Shown one piece after another: positions 36,891-51,400 of a stretch of 64,000 bases of DNA. Every line of letters starts with the position of its first letter. The first letter of the stretch is position 1. Made by a program: the position numbers and the translations under genes. The notes beneath the pieces are model-generated. The model made no database searches, was not told the DNA's origin, and saw nothing but the letters and a program-made list of their open reading frames with translations. The DNA is from Isurus oxyrinchus. Its lineage: Eukaryota. The stretch spans positions 682,001-746,000 of the forward strand of contig JANJGN010000036.1 in assembly GCA_026770705.1 (NCBI GenBank), written 5' to 3'.

Positions 36891-37235
36891 TCCTACAGGC
36901 ACGTTAGAGCCATTCAGTCCCTTTGGTTGGATCTAGCATTCTATCTGTTCATGTCTGAAGTTAGGAAATTTAGGTAGTTTAAGTACGTTCTATGCGTCTT
37001 TGTTTTTTTAAGGTATAAGGTACATTTTTAAGTTTAAGTTTAAGTTATAAATTTTTTCTATTTGTCGATTAAAATGTGAATCCTGGGATCTAGTTGCATT
37101 TTTGAATGGAGGTAGCAGGTCTAAGGCTTTGTTTTTATATTTGCGTTTCCAATGTATTTTGTGACTCTTCAAGAGAAGGTAAAACAATCGCAAGAGTAGA
37201 ACAAACGGTGCAGCTACCTAGCAACAGGCGTCCAG

Positions 37236-37467
37236 NNNNNNNNNNNNNNNNNNNNNNNNNNNNNNNNNNNNNNNNNNNNNNNNNNNNNNNNNNNNNNNNN
37301 NNNNNNNNNNNNNNNNNNNNNNNNNNNNNNNNNNNNNNNNNNNNNNNNNNNNNNNNNNNNNNNNNNNNNNNNNNNNNNNNNNNNNNNNNNNNNNNNNNNN
37401 NNNNNNNNNNNNNNNNNNNNNNNNNNNNNNNNNNNNNNNNNNNNNNNNNNNNNNNNNNNNNNNNNNN
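37236..37467. other. Assembly gap
   Basis: N run. Confidence 1.
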
Positions 37468-38194
37468 TTTGAGTTCACTTGAAAGCAGCTGCCTGAGAGA
37501 GTTGGGGAGCAGAGCTTTAGATAGCATGTATCAATCTGAAGTTGAAGCCAAGAATCCAGAAGCCAAGAATCCAGATAAGCAATCTATGAGAAGGGGCTAC
37601 AAAGAGCAGATTTCCCAAAAGAACCAAAAGCTCCCAAACCCAAGGACTGAGACAGAAACGGTACAAAATCCCAAAAAGACTTTTTAGACAAACGAAAGAC
37701 AGGAACCTTGTGTGGAATTGATTGGATATGTGGATATGCTCATTATAACATACAGATCTACCAGGGGAATCACAGCAAGGAAGCTCTGTTAACGCTGCAT
37801 CTAAACCTCAGCTGCTCACGTGTAAAATAGGGCAGTTGCCAGCGAGGGAGAAAAACCATCAGACACCCACTCTGCTGGCACCGAAGAAGGTGATTGATGA
37901 ACTGAATGATGCAATTCGCATCCAACTTTGAGCATCGTTGACAGGAAATAGCTAATATGTCCTTCAGATACAAAATTAAAAAGATTTGAAATTTTAATAA
38001 CGTGTTCAAATACTTAAATGTTGGATTCGTGGGCTTTAGCTCATTATCACATTCTGACACAGTTCACTGGTATAAGCTATTCTTCAAAATAAATCAGGCA
38101 GAAGGCCTTATAAATGTATTGCTAAAGTATTGCCTTAAATTTTAGTCATGGGTTATTCGGCGAGTGAATCTGATTAACGATATTCCACATTCTA

Positions 38195-39570
38195 AGAGCA
38201 GTAGTGGGGAAACAAATAGAAAGGCCCCCGAGGGAGAGAATTAATCTTCGCTTGCAGAGGCAGAGATTAATCAAGGGCAGTCAGCATGGTTTTGTTAAGG
38301 GGAGGCCATATCTGAACAATTTGATTGAATTTTTCGAAGAATTCACCAGGCTTTTAGATGAGGGCAATGCATTTGACGTAGTCTATTTGGATTCAGAAAG
38401 ACCTTTGATAACGTCCCACATGGGAGACTGATAGCGAAGTTAAAACCCCATGGGATTCAAGGCAATTTGGCAAACCGGATCCAGAATTGGTTGAGTGGCA
38501 GAAGCAGAGGGTGATGGTCGAAGGATGTTTTTGTGACGGGATGCCTGTGTCCAGTGGGGTTCCACAGGAATCGGTCTTGTGTCCTTTACTGTTTGTGGCA
38601 TATGTAAAGGATTTAGGCTGGAATGTGGGAGGGTTGATCAGTAAGTTCGCGGATGACACGAAAATTGGTGGGATGATAAATAATGAAGAGAATCACCTTT
38701 GATTACTGCAGGATATAGACAAGCTGGACAGATCGGCTGATGAGTGGCAAAAGGAATTTAATCTGGATAAGTGTGAGGTAATGCACTGGGGCAGGGCAAA
38801 AAAGACAAGGGAATACACGATGAATTGCAGAACCCTGGGAAGTACCAAGGCTCAGAGGGACCTTGGTGTGCATGTCCAGCGGGCCTTTAACGTAATGAGA
38901 CAGGTCGATAAGGTGGTTAAGAAGTCATATGAGATCCTTGACTTTATTAGCCGAGGCATAAAATATAAGGGCAGGGAGGTTAATGCTGGAACTGTATAAA
39001 ACTTTGGTTGGGCCAGAGCTAGAGTATTGCATGCAGTCCTGGAATTCGCATTATAGGAAGGATGTGATTGCACTGGAGAGAGTGGAGAGGAAATGTACCA
39101 GGGCGGAGAGTTTTAATGATGAGGAAAGATTGGATAGGCTGAGGTTATTTTCTTTGGAGCTGAGGAGATTGAGGGGGTTCGTGATTGAGAGCTATGAAAA
39201 TATGAGGGGCATAGATAGGGTAGACAGGAAGGAACTTTTTCCCTTCGTGGAGAGATCAATGTCCAGGGGGCATTGACTTAAGGTGAGGGGCAGGATGTTT
39301 AGCGGGTATATGAGGAAGAATTTTTTCACCCACATGGTGGTGTGAATCTGGAACTCACTGCTGGAAAGGGTGTTAGAGGCAGAAACCCTCATATCATTTA
39401 AAAAGTATTTGGGTGTGCAATTGCAATGCCATGGCATACAAGGCTAATGGCGTATTGTGGGAAAATGGGATTAGAATAGTTTTACACTTGTTTGACCAGC
39501 GCAGACTCTATGGGCTGAAGGAATTTTCCTCTATGCTATCGGTCATTATGTTTCTAAGACTCTATGAGTT
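38195..39570 (+). mobile_element. CR1-type LINE, 5'-truncated
   Basis: QHGFVKGR, NLIEFFEE, SGVPQESVL, KFADDTKIGG, LYKTLVGPELEYC. Confidence 0.93.
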
Positions 39571-40319
39571 CACCCATGTTGGATATATGCATGATTCAGG
39601 GTATCACAAACTGCAGGCTATTGGGCAGCAGGTTAAATGGACTGCGCCAGCTCAGGAAATTGTTGGCCCCTGTTTCGAGGTTATAACCACCCGAAAAGAT
39701 TGACCAAGCTGGGGCTCTTTCCCATAGAAAAGTAGAGGCTGACGGGGTGACCTGTTAGAGTTCAGTTATGAACATATTCGGTATGGGGGAACTAAAGAAG
39801 GTGTTCTTACTTGTGGCAGAGAGATCAGAACTAGGAGCCATCAATATAAGATAGTCACCAGTAAATCCTATCAGGAATTCAGGATAAACATCTTTACTCA
39901 TCTGATGCGAAGAATGTGGAATTCTCTCCCACAGGGAGTGGTTGGGGTGAATCGCAGCGATGCATTAAAGGGGGAAATCAGGATAAACACACGAGTTGTA
40001 AGGGATAGAGGATATTTTGATGCAGTGGAATGACAGGGAGTGGGAGGAAGTTCCAGTGGAACAGATACACCGGCACAGAGCAGATGGCCCATGCTCCGCT
40101 GATCCACAGGGGAATTTCTGACACAAAGAGGGGGGTGGGAAGGCAGGTTCTGGGTGGAACAGTTATAAAAATGTTAGCGTCATATTCTAGTTTTCTTTTC
40201 TGTTGAAAGCAGAAAAACATGATGTTGCCTCGGTGAATTAAGCAGAACACTCGGAATGAGGGACATTTCCACTCTGCCCACGCGAACGTCACAAGCAGTC
40301 GCGTTGTTGAATTTAGAAC

Positions 40320-40490
40320 CATTGCCTTTTGTGGCTAGTTTGACCCAGCCTGGACACGGCACCGCCTGTGACGCGTGTTTACCACGATCTGTAGCGTGTT
40401 GCCCTTTGCAGGCAGAGGCGTGTGTGGTCTCCTGACCTGTAAACAGGAAACCCTCAGCTAAAATTTACAGCACGCTTATTTTTCCAGTGA
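40320..40490 (+). promoter_or_regulatory. Conserved type A promoter block
   Basis: About 140-300 bp upstream of the leader ATG at 40628. TGTGGT at 40423-40428, TGTAAACAGGAAA at 40438-40450. Confidence 0.55.
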
Positions 40491-40627
40491 GCTATTTTTA
40501 AACGTTGTACCAAATTAAAGCAAAATGTGCATTTTCATCACATCTTCTGAGTCCGTGGCCGAGAGCAGAGGGAACTGAGCGACGAGACGGTCCAAATCTC
40601 ATAGGAACCGGCCCGGGATCGGAAACC

Positions 40628-43600
40628 ATGTGCTTCTTAATGTACTGTGCGTTGCTGCGTCTGTTTCTGGGTTTGAGCCTTCTTCACTCCTCATTCAGGA
40701 TGGTTTAAGATATATTCAGCTAAGTGGAAAATAATCCCCATGTCTACATTCTATAATATTACCTTCATGTTGAAGGACTGAATTATGCCCACCTGATCAA
40801 AATTGATCACATATCAACATTCTGCAAACTATCTGATAAGACGTTCAAAAGAGATTCTATCTGCGTCTTTCAGTTGCAAAGGATCCCAGGGCTACGATTA
40901 GCAGAGGAACGAAGGGGTTGGGGGACGGGGGTGTGGAGTTCTCCCCGTTGTCCCTGGGGACAATATTTATCCCCCAGCTGCGTCATTAAAAGCACGACCT
41001 GGGTCATAGTCACTTGTTCCTTGTGGATCTTGCTGTGCGCCATTACGGCTGCCACGTTTGCAACGTCACAACAGAGACTGCATCTTGAAAAGAAGTCCTT
41101 CATTGTCTCTGATGCGCCTCTTCTTCCCTCTTGCTCGTGTTATTGTATTGGAGCGTTGGACTCCATTAACATGCTTTAACCAGTTGGTGGTCTATTTACG
41201 TTTTACTGTTGTAGCCGATTCTCCTGAGCGAACATTTTCTCCCTCCCTGCCACAGCAGAATCCATAGACTTGATTATGTATCTCTCATTTATTGTATCTC
41301 AGGCAGTTTTGTCCCAGATTCCAGAGGTTCAGAGTCTCTCGCTTGCAAGTAAAACAAGCTGCATTGTGACACGGCTTAATTGGCGGTGGTGGGGAGGGAG
41401 AGGTGGACTGGTATAAACCGAACCAGCGGAAGCTTGTTTACACCGTGACAGAATAAAAATCTGCAACCGGGTGATATCCAGGAGAAGTTTACGAGAATCC
41501 ACTCTGTATTCCCTGAATATTGCGGGTGTGGAGGCCAGTGATTCTGGCATGTATTATTGTGCAGCTAAGAAGTTCAGTAGGATGCCCTTTACGTTTGGAA
41601 ATGCTTCAAAATTGTTTATCACTGGTCCAAATCACGATTTTCCTACAATTCCATTATCAATGATCAGGAAATTATGGCCAATAGGTATCGAATCTCAAAG
41701 CGCGATCCCATCACATTGTCCAATAATCGACCATGGAACTCCGCCTCCACCTGAAATTCTCTCGATGGGAGGGGAACTTTCGGTGTCTTTGGGGAAGTGT
41801 CTGGACCCCGATTCCTTTGCCACCCACTTGGAAAGTTTCTGGAGGGGGTGCCCAGGGACAGAGCGATTCCAGGATAATCGAGCCGGACGGGACCTACCCC
41901 ATCGGGAGTAACATAATCCTCTGGGCGTAAACTTGGAGCAGCAGTGACCTCTGTCCTTGCGCGGCTCAATTAAATGCCAGTGAAAATCTTCCAAGTGAAA
42001 GTGTCCCATCTCAGGGAGTTAACTGTTAACAGTTTGCTCGTGCATTTAATGTGCGGCCTATTATTTTGTCATATCTCTTTGTACATCTGAACTTCCCCCT
42101 TCAATGTGTTCACATATCATTTTCAGACACCTTACCAGGTTCTCCTGCATCTCAGAATTTCAGTGTTTACCTTTCTGAATTCTTAATCCATCTGTCTAGT
42201 TGGGATAAAATCCCAATTTTCTGTTTACCACTTTCCCTGTTTTTCCTCTGTGACATTATCTGTATCCCATAGGGCAAAGCTTCCAGCACCTAGACAGTGC
42301 ATTCTGCCCTTTGGCTCGGGGCTGGTGTTTCTACTCCAGATGAACCTCATCCCACCCCTCTTTACTTCAGCCCATCACCATGTCCTTCTGCTGGTTTCTC
42401 CCTCATGTGTTTATACAGGGTCAAATATCAATCCATATCTGCAATTCACCTCAACCGCTGCCTTTGGGAACGTGCTCCACATTCTGTCTGCTTCCTGATT
42501 AACGCGTTTCCTCCTAAATTCTCGATTCGATTTATTAGTGACTGTTTGATATTGATGGTTTCTAGTTCTGGTCTCCCTCAGAAAGTGCCAATACGTTATC
42601 TACTCCTGCCCTAAAGTCATTTTCATCATCTTAAAGATATTGATCAGGTTACCCGACAGACTCCTCTTCTCTCGAAAAAAAGATGACAGCCTGTTCAAAC
42701 TTTCCTGATTGTCAAAACCTTTCATTTCTGGTAACATTCCAGTACACCCCGCCTTTTTGCTCTGTCCCCTGTGCCTGCATATTCTTTTTATGATATGCAG
42801 CCCAGGATAATTCGCAGCACTCCATGTGCGGTCTAGTTAAGTTCTGATACACTTTAATGCTGCCTTTCTTCTTTTCATTGCTGGGCCAGGCTGTTATCAT
42901 CTTATTAACCTCTGATTTTTGTGTTGTCCCTCAGAATCCTCTGCTTTTCTGTTCTATTCAATCGGTTATTTTCCACTGATTGCATAGCCCAAACGTTGTC
43001 ACTAGGTCTAACCCGGTTCCCAACCATTCTTCTTCCTAGCTAAACGGTCACTATATAACGTTTCATCCAAGACAAAGGAATGAAATCCGCTGGATGACCA
43101 TAAGCTGGTTAGTCTTTCATGTGTGGAGAACAAACGCTTAGAGTTAATTGCTATACATGAAATTGATGAGCATTTCATAAAAGATGGGTTCGTTAAGGGC
43201 ATTCAGCACCGACTTGTTAAAGTGTAGCTTAACACATTTAATAGAGATTGCCCTATCAAGAATTATCCGAGTGGACAGTTAAATAGAATGCAGTTCATGG
43301 GGTTCCACGAGGTCTTCACGTGTTTGTGCTTTATAAATTTATCTATGTATCCCTCACTCGCACCGGGTCNNNNNNNNNNNNNNNNNNNNNNNNNNNNNNN
43401 NNNNNNNNNNNNNNNNNNNNNNNNNNNNNNNNNNNNNNNNNNNNNNNNNNNNNNNNNNNNNNNNNNNNNNNNNNNNNNNNNNNNNNNNNNNNNNNNNNNN
43501 NNNNNNNNNNNNNNNNNNNNNNNNNNNNNNNNNNNNNNNNNNNNNNNNNNNNNNNNNNNNNNNNNNNNNNNNNNNNNNNNNNNNNNNNNNNNNNNNNNNN

Positions 43601-44659
43601 NNNNNNNNNNNNNNNNNNNNNNNNNNNNNNNNNNNNNNNNNNNNNNNNNNNNNNNNNNNNNNNNNNNNNCTATCATTCTCTCACACGCTGCCTATGTGAC
43701 TGTCTCCCTCTATCTAGCCATCCATATAGCTTCAAATTTGTAAATTTTCTTCACTTGCCTAATAAGTATCGATTTTTAAAAAAAATGTGCTTGATGAAGT
43801 TGGGGACAGTGTCAATACTGACATTGTTTGCCCTTCCCGAGCCGCCATGCTTAGGTGGTGCTGGATCTCCTTGAACGTTATGCAAGAGCCAAACGGCTCG
43901 GGTTGCAGTATTTTTCTGAAATACAATGAGATTCTTCAATTCTTGCTCCCTACCACTTGCAGTTTCCATTTTCAGGGATTTCGTCCAAACGGGGTTCTCC
44001 TTCAGGGGATGGTTCTTGTGCCCGGGAGAAGGGGTTTCTGGAGCCGGCAGTCAGGGAGAGATTATAGGGAGAAGCTGTAACTCCACGGCGCTCTCAATGC
44101 ATCCATTAATCACTGGGTTTTGGCAGTTTCAGCTGTTTGAATGTGAACTGAAGTCATTTCAACTAAGTTTAAATTTCAGTATCTAGCAGCATGAACAATG
44201 ATGCGGAACTGACACATTATAGAGCAACAACACAAGAAAATGCGGTTACTATGGATGAATTGTTTCCTAACATGTGCAGATACATTTAACCTAAGGTTAA
44301 AATTCATAGTTAATGACATATGAGTCTAGGAGATTTTGCATAGTGCATATTGCAGGAGAACACTGTTTACACGTGATACAACATTGTGAAGATAGATAAG
44401 AAATATAGATAGGTGTTCAACTGAATATGTCAAAATTGAGATTGATAAGTTTTTGTTGGGTAAAGGGCCTTTACTGTTATGTAACGAAGGAGGGGAGAAG
44501 GGGTTAATTTACATATCAGAAAATACATTATTGAAAGGCAGAACATGCTCGACGGGCTGAATGGACTCCTGATAATGATAAGCTCACGATAACCGTTTGT
44601 GTTTCCTCTTACAAACTATTTTTGCTCAGTTGGCATTTAATGCGGATCCCACAGTCTGA
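40628..44659 (+). pseudogene. Type A VJ-C1 receptor pseudogene (all exons recognisable)
   Basis: Leader MCFLMYCALLRLFL at 40628-40670. V relic ~41290-41625 (DSGMYYCAAKKFSRMPFTFGNASKLFIT) with a lost acceptor, frameshifts and stops. C relic ~41740-42020 (EPDGTYPI..WA*). TM relic ~43940-44055, cytoplasmic relic ~44188-44245, last exon TIFAQLAFNADPTV* ~44615-44659. Confidence 0.85.
43370..43669. other. Assembly gap
   Basis: N run. Confidence 1.
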
Positions 44660-45769
44660 TTGCAAACGACATTGAGAGCTCAAGTTCTGCTTCCGGGCTA
44701 TGATGCGTAGTTGTCAGTTTCCTTTCTTGTGTTCTTATTGGAGGAAAGCCTAGAGGTGTGGTATTTTCCACGAGACAGCCATGGAAAATTATCTTCCTGG
44801 CTGAATTCATATTTATTAATAACAATGAGCAGTATAGCACGCGGACTCATCACCTACTGCAGAGTCCTCAATTCTGAAAGAACAAGCTCCTTTTCAAGCC
44901 CAAACTGACTCTCAGAAATTTTAGCTTTGTGCTCAGTATCGATATGTTTCTACTTTCTTGTGGTGGTGTTTTTATGTTCATTGTGCATCTTTGTGTAGTG
45001 CTTGAGCAGGAAAGAGAGCATCAGTGTCCAATTTAGCAATCCTTTAAACAGGTTTTGAAATGCAAGCATTGTATTTAGGAGTCCATGCTGTTTGACCCCT
45101 CAGTGCAGCTGTGCACTGTGAATCCGCAATCGCAGGGTAGAGGACATCTTTATAGGCCATATTTTTGTAAACGTGGGACCAATTCTACAAGAATGATATC
45201 AGAACTAAGAGGTTATGATGCCAGGGAAGATTGATCAGTTTGGACCTCTTTTCTCCACAAAAAAGACTAAGGAGTGACCTGAAGAAGATATAACAAATTA
45301 TGAAACGATTTGATACGTGGAGGCGCAGAGAGAATGTTTCCATTTGCAGGCAGAGCTGAATATGTGAGATCGACTTAAGGGGGAAAGCTGGTCAACTACG
45401 TCATGAATAAAGAAAGAGGAGTGCATGTTTATGGGGTGAGATGTAGAGGGTGTTGGAGGAGGGTCGTCTGAAGCACAAACATCAGCAGAGAGCAGAGGGG
45501 CTTAATGGCTTGTTTCTGCTCTGGAAATAATTTTGAATTTTGTAAAGCAGAAAACATGAGCAGTGACTGAAAGCTCATTTCTTGGAAAAGTTTACATCAT
45601 TAACACAATTCCTTTTTTGCGCTAAAATAAATAACTAAATGTGAAAGTGAGATTCAGCGGACCGAGGTGATCTGATATTTTTGCGTTACACCTTCAAGAT
45701 TATAAACATTAAAAATTAAGGTTTGAAAGCAATGCTTTTAAAGATATATGTTCGTCACTGACCACTCAA

Positions 45770-46640
45770 CTAAGGGGAGCAGCTGCTCCCTATCCATGCT
45801 GTCCATGCCCCGCATAATCTTGGGCACCTCGATCAGGTCGCTCCTCAGTCTTCTCCACTCAAATGAAAACAACTCAAGTGTAACCAGCCCCTCTTCATAA
45901 CTTTAATGTTTCCTCCCAGGCAACATCCTGGTGAATCTCCTCTGCACCCTCTCCAGTGCAATCACATCCTTCCTATAATGTGGCGACCAGAACTGAACAC
46001 AGTACTCCAGTTGTGGCCTCACCAAGGTTCTATACAAGTCCAACATGTTCTCCCGACTTTTGTAATATATGCCTCGAATGATAAAGGCAAGAGTCCTGTG
46101 TGCACTTTTTACAATCCCACTAACATTGCCCCTCCGCCTTCAGGCATCTATGGACACACATGTGAAGGTCCCTTTCGTCCTCAGAACTTCTTAGTGTCAT
46201 GCCATTCATTGAATGCTTCCATGTCAAATTACTCCTTCCAAAGGGTTACATTTCATCTGTCACTTTTCTGCCCATTTGACATCCCATCTATATCTTCCTG
46301 TAGCCCAACACACTCAACCTCACTGTTAACCATCCGGCCAATATTTGCGCCATCCGCAAACTTACTAATCCTACCTCCCACCTTATCATCTGTGTCGTTT
46401 ATATAAACAAAGAACAATAGGGAACCCAGCACAGATCCCTGTGGTACGCGACTAGACACTGGCTCCCAATCACGAAAACATCCTTCTCTCATCACCTTCT
46501 GTCTCCCATAACTAAGCCAATTTTGAATCCACCTAATCAAGTTACCCTGTATCCCATGGGTATTTGCCTGCTTTATAATTCTCTCATGTGGGACCTTGTC
46601 AAAGACTTTGCTGAAATCCATATAAACTACATAAACTGCT
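45770..46640 (-). mobile_element. CR1-type LINE fragment
   Basis: MDFSKVFDKVPH..VPQGSVLGSLLF..KFADG. Confidence 0.92.
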
Positions 46641-48425
46641 CTACAGTTACAACTTCAACCAATGTTATTCAATGAGCAAGTGAAATCCCAGAGGGATATT
46701 TTTCTTACTGATCGTTTTTTTTTCAATTTTGGAAACGAGGGAAAGCCTTTATGATTCTTGTTTCAAGAAAAAAATTACCACACAAAATAAAAAAATATAC
46801 AGCCGAAGCAGTCTTACAAGGTATTCCTCCAAAGAAGAAACATTTTCAGAGCTCATAAGTAAACTATTTGGCAATAGCTCTTTTATGGAGTTTTAACTGG
46901 AAAAATGCAGCAATCTTACCCAAGGAAAAAAATGCTGCTGCTTTAGTAAAATATACGACACTCCCTCCCACTCTCTTCCTGTCTGATCTGGAAATACAAG
47001 GGAGTTCAGACACAGAATTCCTCCTGAAAGTAAAGACTTTTCCGGTTTGATATCGGATGGCAGCTTCAAATTCTCAATTTTTCTCAGCACAAATGTGGTC
47101 TTGGGACATCTCCTCCACAGAACCACCTCAACTCAAGTAAGCATTTCATTTGAATATTGTTCCCTCGCCCCCTTTCATCTTGGCCTCCATTGACTTAAGC
47201 ACCTCTTGTTATTCAATTTTTACAAAATATAAAAATCCTTCATGTCTTCCCATTACCTCAACTTTCGGGCCAAATATCAACAAGTAACCTCCCCTTGTTC
47301 ATTTATGAAATAGTTGTAAGTGGTAAAAGTTCTTAAACTTTCTTTGAAATTTAGCAGCTTAAAAGACTGGTTCTTACCTATCACCAAATGGAAATTCAAA
47401 ATGCCCAACACATTTACTTATACTCACAACTTCACCATAACCTCTCGTTACAAATGAATGTATCCAGGACGGTTATCTTTCATCTCAGTACTCACAGACA
47501 AGCTGTCTTTACTAACTTCCCCCGTTTCATTACCCATGAAGACACACGCACACACAGAATTTTCTTTATAGAGTACCACGATGTTCTCAAAAATATATAA
47601 AAACAGCATCCACCTTCACGTACAAAACTCCACCCATTCAACTTGTTTCCCTTTCATTCATTATACCTACACCGCAAAAGGTATGGGATCGCAACTTCAG
47701 CAACGTTCTGAGGGAGAGAGATCCAGATTTTCACTCCATCTTCCACAGTACCTCTTGTACCAAAACAGTTAAGGTAAATCTCTGACTCAAGGTAACTCTC
47801 TGCTATGTAGATTCAATTGTGAACACAAATGAAAAGATACTGTGCAAAAGTGAAATGGAACCAACACAAGTTTCGTGAATCACTTCCCATGTCCCTCTCC
47901 TGCTTTGTTCTGATTCAGTAAATGATAGAACACGTTACACATCAAAGACACCCACCAGTAACAGCATCCAAATCCAGGACTGATATTGTCAACTCAGGAG
48001 AAATTGCAGTTTTACCCAGGTGACATTTAATTATAATTGAATTATTAATCAGTACAAACATCTGGTGCATCATTATTATCGGAAAATAATTTTTATTTAC
48101 AGACAGACATTTACCAAGAAATGAACACCCTGTCAGCAAATGGAGTTGCTGAATCAGCACAAAAAGTCCAGATAAACTAAGGAAAGTTCTGAGTCTTTGT
48201 TCAATGTTTCCTTCAAACTTGAGTTACACAATAACGGTGGGATATCCTTAACAATGCTCAAAACAACTTCTACATTTAGCAAATAGAGCCAGCCTTTGAA
48301 GCTCTGGTCAGTGAACAGGGAAAGATCATTGTATTTTTGGCTCCAGGTTTAGGTCCACTAGGCTGTGGGTTATTTGACAAATCCTGTCACCTCCATAATT
48401 CATCAGGGAGAAACAGACCGGATTC

Positions 48426-51400
48426 TCATCTGCCGTCCCCCTTCTTTTTTGACCTTTTCTCCAATGCAGCCAAGTCCAGTGAAGCGTAGAGAGGTCCACT
48501 TTGAGTCTGGGAGATATTTTAAACATCAACAGCTAAAAGTAGCTTAAATATAGGTAAGATTGCCCTCTCCCGCAACTGTGTTTCATAGAATCATTGACTG
48601 ACACAGCACAGAAGGAAGTAATTCCACCCATTGTGTCTGTGTATGAAAGAGCTACGCAATTAGTCCCATTGTACCCTCCTCTGTCCCCATATCGCTGTCA
48701 TTATTTTCACCTTCCACAATTTTGTAATTCCTTTTTGAAAGTTGCTACTGAATCGGATCCCACTGCACTTTATCCCAATTTGAGGAAAGTTTTGCTCCAT
48801 TTATATGTACAAGAATCATCTGAATTGATGTTTTCTAATAGAGCTGCAGAATTCGCAAAGAGACTAGAAATAACCAAAGTTTAATCAGAAAACTGGGGTG
48901 ATGAATCTACCAATTTGATTGAATTCCTTTGTTGTTAATTGGCCAACCCGATGACTGTGTTTCACCATGTGCCACCTGCACAATTGAGTAGAGTCCACTA
49001 AACTGATGACATTTAGAAGAATGACACAAACACGATCAAAAGGCTAGTGTTTATATAGCGCCTTTCACGAACTGAAGAAGCCACAGCATATTTAGATCCA
49101 CTCCTTTGAAGTATAGGCTCTGTTCTTCATGCAACGTGGCAGTGAATTTACGCACAGTAAGATCCCATACACAGCAATGAATTAATGACCTAGATAATTT
49201 ATTTTTAAGGTGCAGGTTGAGAGATAAATTATGAAACGGGAAAATAGAGAGAACCCCCAACTCACCGCAGCCCCCATCCCCCAACACCCCACCACTGCTC
49301 ATCTTGCAATAATGGTGGTACCAACTTTGACGCCAACCAGAGAGGTCTAACAGGTCCTCGGCTTAACAATTCATTTGAGTTCGGCACCTCGGACAGTGCA
49401 GCACTCGCTCTGGAGGTTCAGTTTAGACATTCTGCCCAAGTGTCTGGACACACACACACGCACATACACACACACACACACACTTGCACATAAACATGCA
49501 CACACACACACACACACACATGTACACACGCATATACAAACACATGTAAACACAGATGCACGCACATGGTCTTTCGCCCCAATCTGACCCCTTCGCAGTC
49601 CACTTACAACAGAAGCAGATTTAGATTTATCTATAAAAACTTGCATACGTTTGGTCTGACCTTCATTCTAATTCCATTTGCTAATGTGTTTACTAAATTG
49701 GTTGGGTCGGAGGAGGGGCAAAGTTGTTAAACGAGGGAAGGGGATTAGACTCACTGTAGAGATAAAAGAAAATAGCACAAATCTAAAATATGAACTGCTG
49801 GCAATACGCTGTTAAATCTGACGGAGACATTCCACCTGGAAAATGGCCCTATCCTTTCTGTTGTCAGATGGGGAATATTTTCTGATTCCAGTTCGAGGGA
49901 CGAGTGGGATTATATACAAATTCAGATGCTCTAGACTATGACCTGCCCTGTGATAAACGCGTGGAATAACTAGCATGGGAAGCCCTGCACCTTATCCCAA
50001 AAACCTTTTTGTATGTTATTACAATAATTTCTAAACAACTCACCTGTACTGCATCCCGATGTGTCCGCTTTCCATCTCTTTGACGGCGGTCATCTGTGTT
50101 ATTAATGGTTGAGATAGCAATTCAAATGTTATCCCAGTCTGGCTCATTCATAATGATTACAGATACGTCATTCGCCAATGATACGCCAATGCACCAATGG
50201 CTCCAGTAAGCCCATTTGTGACGAGGCCCCCAGTCCATAGAATGTCTCCCAACACTAGAAAGTTCCCACAAAACTTCACTGGAGTGAAAATCGCCAATAG
50301 ATGGACAAGCACTCTCCATCCACAGTGTGTGGCGTCTATTCTCCTTCTGGTATACTACTGCAACTATTGATAACCAGGAAGTGGCATTTTTTATGGGAAC
50401 CAGAGTCAGCAGAGTGATTGAAAACATTATTGATGGTGGGAAATGTTTTTATGTATATATCCAATTCCAAGGACTTGACATTTAATCTGTGCCAAAATTT
50501 CAATGCAACTTACCCGTTTGTCGCTCATTCTTCCCCTCTCTTTGCCTTCTCTCTCTCAAGCTGACCCTGGATGCGAACAGAATTATCAAACACGTGTTAT
50601 ATTTTATGAATACTGATGGAGCTGCCAGAAATAGGTGAGAAGAGAATGTCGAGTGGTCTTAGAATCTATCTTAAATGTTCATGGTAAGTGGCAGCATATA
50701 TCATTGGAATCAATGTTGTGGTTGAACTGAGCTAGGTCCAGTGTTAAATATGAAGCGTGGGTTCGGGATGAAGTTTTCAAATGGTTCAGTTACTCACGTT
50801 TCATTGTGGGACCTCTTGCTTGGTTCTCCTGAAAGCAGAAAGTAAATTATCAATTTAAAAGTAGGAGAAGGGAATCATTTGAGACAATCAATTATTAAAA
50901 TATCACTGATAAATATTAATCCTCACCTGATCTGCTGCTTTTATGAATCCAAATGGAAATAAAGACCAAGAGTAGAACCAATATCACCAGGACAGTTATG
51001 ATAACAGGAAGGGCCAGCATGCACCATCCTACAGAGACAAAACACTTAGAAACTGCCACTCCATCAAATCAACCTTTTCTGGTACTCTCTGATGGGAAAC
51101 GTGCTCCAAAATTAAGCCCAGAAGCAGTCCATTTGGATCATCGTGCCAGTGCAGGCTTTTTGACAGCGGTAACTAATTAATCATATTCTCCCTGCCCTAT
51201 CCCCCATACTATTGAAAGTGTCTTTCCATCAGGTATTTATCGAAGACTTTCATGATTTTGAACGCCTCGATTAAGTCTCCCCCTCAACCCATTCTGCTCT
51301 ATAGAGAACATTACCAGATTCTACAGTCTCTCCACATTTACTGAAGTTCCTCATCCCTGGTCCCATTCTGGTAAATCTTCTGTACCCTGCCCAAAGCATT

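Noticed and set aside
37106-37687. Long ORFs spanning N runs (also at 43.3 kb and 61.7 kb)
   Set aside because: They are open only because of assembly gaps.
46650-47940. Solo LTR
   Set aside because: It has a TG..CA-like end and LTR-like composition, but I could not verify a second LTR, target-site duplication or internal domain.
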